A stretch of DNA of 64,000 bases. Origin: a virus. Taxonomy: Duplodnaviria; Caudoviricetes. Each line of letters starts with the position of its first letter. Positions within the stretch are counted from its first letter, which is position 1. Made by a program: the position numbers and the translations under genes. The notes below the pieces were generated by a model, which was not told the origin of the DNA, made no database searches, and saw only the letters and a list, made by a program, of their open reading frames with translations. Below, piece after piece: positions 62,470 to 64,000 of the stretch. The DNA lies in the IMG/VR virus record IMGVR_UViG_3300033069_001491, positions 1-64,000 of that record; one strand, written 5' to 3'.

Positions 62470-63915
62470 ATGAAATTGCCCTTTGATCGTAAGCCTGACG
62501 TCAACCTCAACAACGTCAACGACACCGACTCATACAAGTCGAGTCACTTTCTGCTCTACGGCAAGGGACTCGACTACATGGAGTCGTACCTCGAGGCACG
62601 TGGAGGGGAGTACGACGTCTGCACCCTGGCAGGCCTGCAGGTGTTGCTGCATCGCTACTTGGCCAAGCCCATCACGCTGACCGACGTCGACGAGATGGAG
62701 GTGGACATGCTCGCACACGGCGAGCCCTTCAACCGCGAAGGATGGCTTCATATTCTTCGCCAGTACGGCGGCATGTTGCCCGTCACCATTCGGGCGATCC
62801 CGGAGGGCACCATCGTTCCGGTCAGGAACGCTATCATGGTGGTCCACGGTCCACGCGATCCGAAGTGTGCCTGGATCACCAACTGGTTGGAGACCATGCT
62901 GTCCCGTGTCTGGTACCCGTCGACGGTCGCCATCGCCTCGCGCGAGATCAAGAAAGTCTGGATGCAGTACCTCGAGCTGTCGAGCGACAATCCGGCAGCG
63001 GAGGTCGGTTTCAAGCACCATGACTTCGGCAGTCGTGGCGTCACCAGCCGCGAGCAGGCATCGATGGGCGGCTTTGCCCACCTGCTCAGCTTCCTGGGCA
63101 GCGACACCATCGTAGGCGTCAAGCTGGCCAACCACTACTACGACGAGCCGATGGCAGGCTTCAGCATTCCGGCCACCGAGCACTCGACGATGACGATCTG
63201 GGGGCGCGAAGGTGAGCACGACGCCATCGTCCGCTGGGTCAAGCAGACGTTGGTCGAGCGTCAGCTGCCCCCGGGGGTGCCGAAGCTGTCGGCCTGCGTC
63301 GGTGACAGCTACGACATCTACAACTTCGTTCGCATGGTCTGTGCCGACGACATTCGCGAGCTGATCAAAGGCTCTGGCGGCACCCTGGTCGTCCGCCCCG
63401 ACAGTGGCGAGCCCACCGAGGTGTTGAAGAACATCATCAGCATCTTCAATGAGTGCCTGCCCACGGGCGAGATCACCGTCAATGCCAAGGGCTTCAAGGT
63501 CCTGCCGGGCTACCTCCGGTTGATCTGGGGCGATGGCATCAACCGTCGCTCGATGCGTGCCATCCTTCGCTTCGTCACCTCGATGGGTTGGAGCGCGTCG
63601 AACCTGGCCTTCGGCTCGGGCGGTGGCCTGCTGATGGACTTCAACCGTGACACGCAGAAGTTCGCCTTCAAGTGCTCCTACGCGATCCTCAATGGCAAGC
63701 CGGTCAGCGTCAGCAAGGACCCGAGCACCGATAGGGGGAAGAAGTCGAAGGAAGGCCGGCTCGACCTCATCAAGGTCGACGGTGTCTACAAGACGGTCGT
63801 TCTCGACGAGGGCGTGAACGAGCACCCGGACTCGGCTCTGGTCACCGTCTTCGACAAGGGTGACATCACCTACCACAACACGCTCGCTGATGTTCGTGCC
63901 CGGATGGCGATCTGA
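62470..63915 (+). CDS. nadV: Nicotinamide phosphoribosyltransferase (NAMPT)
   Basis: TDSYKSSH, LETML..WYPSTVA, HDFGSRG, SIPATEHS, DSYD, VRPDSG, IWGDG, FGSGG, FAFKC, KKSKEG. Confidence 0.95.
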   Translation: MKLPFDRKPDVNLNNVNDTDSYKSSHFLLYGKGLDYMESYLEARGGEYDVCTLAGLQVLLHRYLAKPITLTDVDEMEVDMLAHGEPFNREGWLHILRQYGGMLPVTIRAIPEGTIVPVRNAIMVVHGPRDPKCAWITNWLETMLSRVWYPSTVAIASREIKKVWMQYLELSSDNPAAEVGFKHHDFGSRGVTSREQASMGGFAHLLSFLGSDTIVGVKLANHYYDEPMAGFSIPATEHSTMTIWGREGEHDAIVRWVKQTLVERQLPPGVPKLSACVGDSYDIYNFVRMVCADDIRELIKGSGGTLVVRPDSGEPTEVLKNIISIFNECLPTGEITVNAKGFKVLPGYLRLIWGDGINRRSMRAILRFVTSMGWSASNLAFGSGGGLLMDFNRDTQKFAFKCSYAILNGKPVSVSKDPSTDRGKKSKEGRLDLIKVDGVYKTVVLDEGVNEHPDSALVTVFDKGDITYHNTLADVRARMAI

Positions 63916-63939
63916 ACTAGCCTGGTGTAAAGTGGTCGG

Positions 63940-64000
63940 GTGACAGAATCATACAAGGCCCACAAGCTCGCTGACCGCCTTTACCAAGGCGGATTCCCTC
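63940..64000 (+). CDS. Partial ORF at the window end (MTESYKAHKLADRLYQGGFP...), possibly dual-specificity-phosphatase-like
   Basis: TAAAGT-6 nt-GTG; the LYQGG motif is suggestive only and just 20 codons are visible. Confidence 0.45.
   Translation, partial: MTESYKAHKLADRLYQGGFP

Noticed and set aside
62530-63876. 448-aa antisense ORF opposite NAMPT (likewise 58933..59889, 50663..51274, 38756..39331 and many short track ORFs)
   Set aside because: Shadow frames of GC-rich codon usage opposite clearly recognisable genes; no motifs or start signals.
1-64000. CRISPR array, tRNA or rRNA genes
   Set aside because: No regularly spaced direct repeats, and no cloverleaf with TTCGA/CCA in the short intergenic gaps. 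This was judged by eye; tRNAscan was not run.
1-64000. Stop-codon reassignment, as seen in some large phages
   Set aside because: TAA, TAG and TGA all end genes at sensible coupled junctions, and conserved enzymes are full length in code 11.
1-64000. Eukaryotic giant virus (NCLDV) origin suggested by the sugar pathway and chaperonin
   Set aside because: T4-like terminase, Shine-Dalgarno sites, overlapping operons and sigma70-like boxes indicate a bacteriophage.

Overview
This window is part of a large tailed bacteriophage genome (Caudoviricetes, T4-like terminase) read in the standard bacterial code, with GGAG/GAGG ribosome-binding sites. From 1 to ~45.2 kb nearly all genes are on the minus strand. 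They encode the terminase, an Mre11/SbcD-Rad50/SbcC fusion split in two by a homing endonuclease, primase, RuvC, a head-completion-type nuclease, an ADP-ribosyltransferase-like + GNAT-like protein and a kinase-like protein. They continue with a long virion structural block that includes three tandem copies of a coupled two-gene cassette, PIN-PhoH, an Hc1-like protein, a DinG-type helicase and a degenerate GroEL-like protein. After a GATC-rich non-coding switch point (45.2-45.4 kb) nearly all genes are on the plus strand. These form a ~16 kb nucleotide-sugar/glycosyltransferase locus followed by nicotinamide phosphoribosyltransferase. Four TnsA-like PD-(D/E)xK homing endonucleases and one endonuclease VII-type nuclease are scattered through the window. 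Two upstream motif classes recur: TAnnnT 5-8 nt before start codons (leaderless-like) and (A/C)TAN(C/T)TA before virion-type genes. No tRNA, rRNA, CRISPR array, integrase or reverse transcriptase was recognised. All family assignments come from motifs read by eye, not from database searches.
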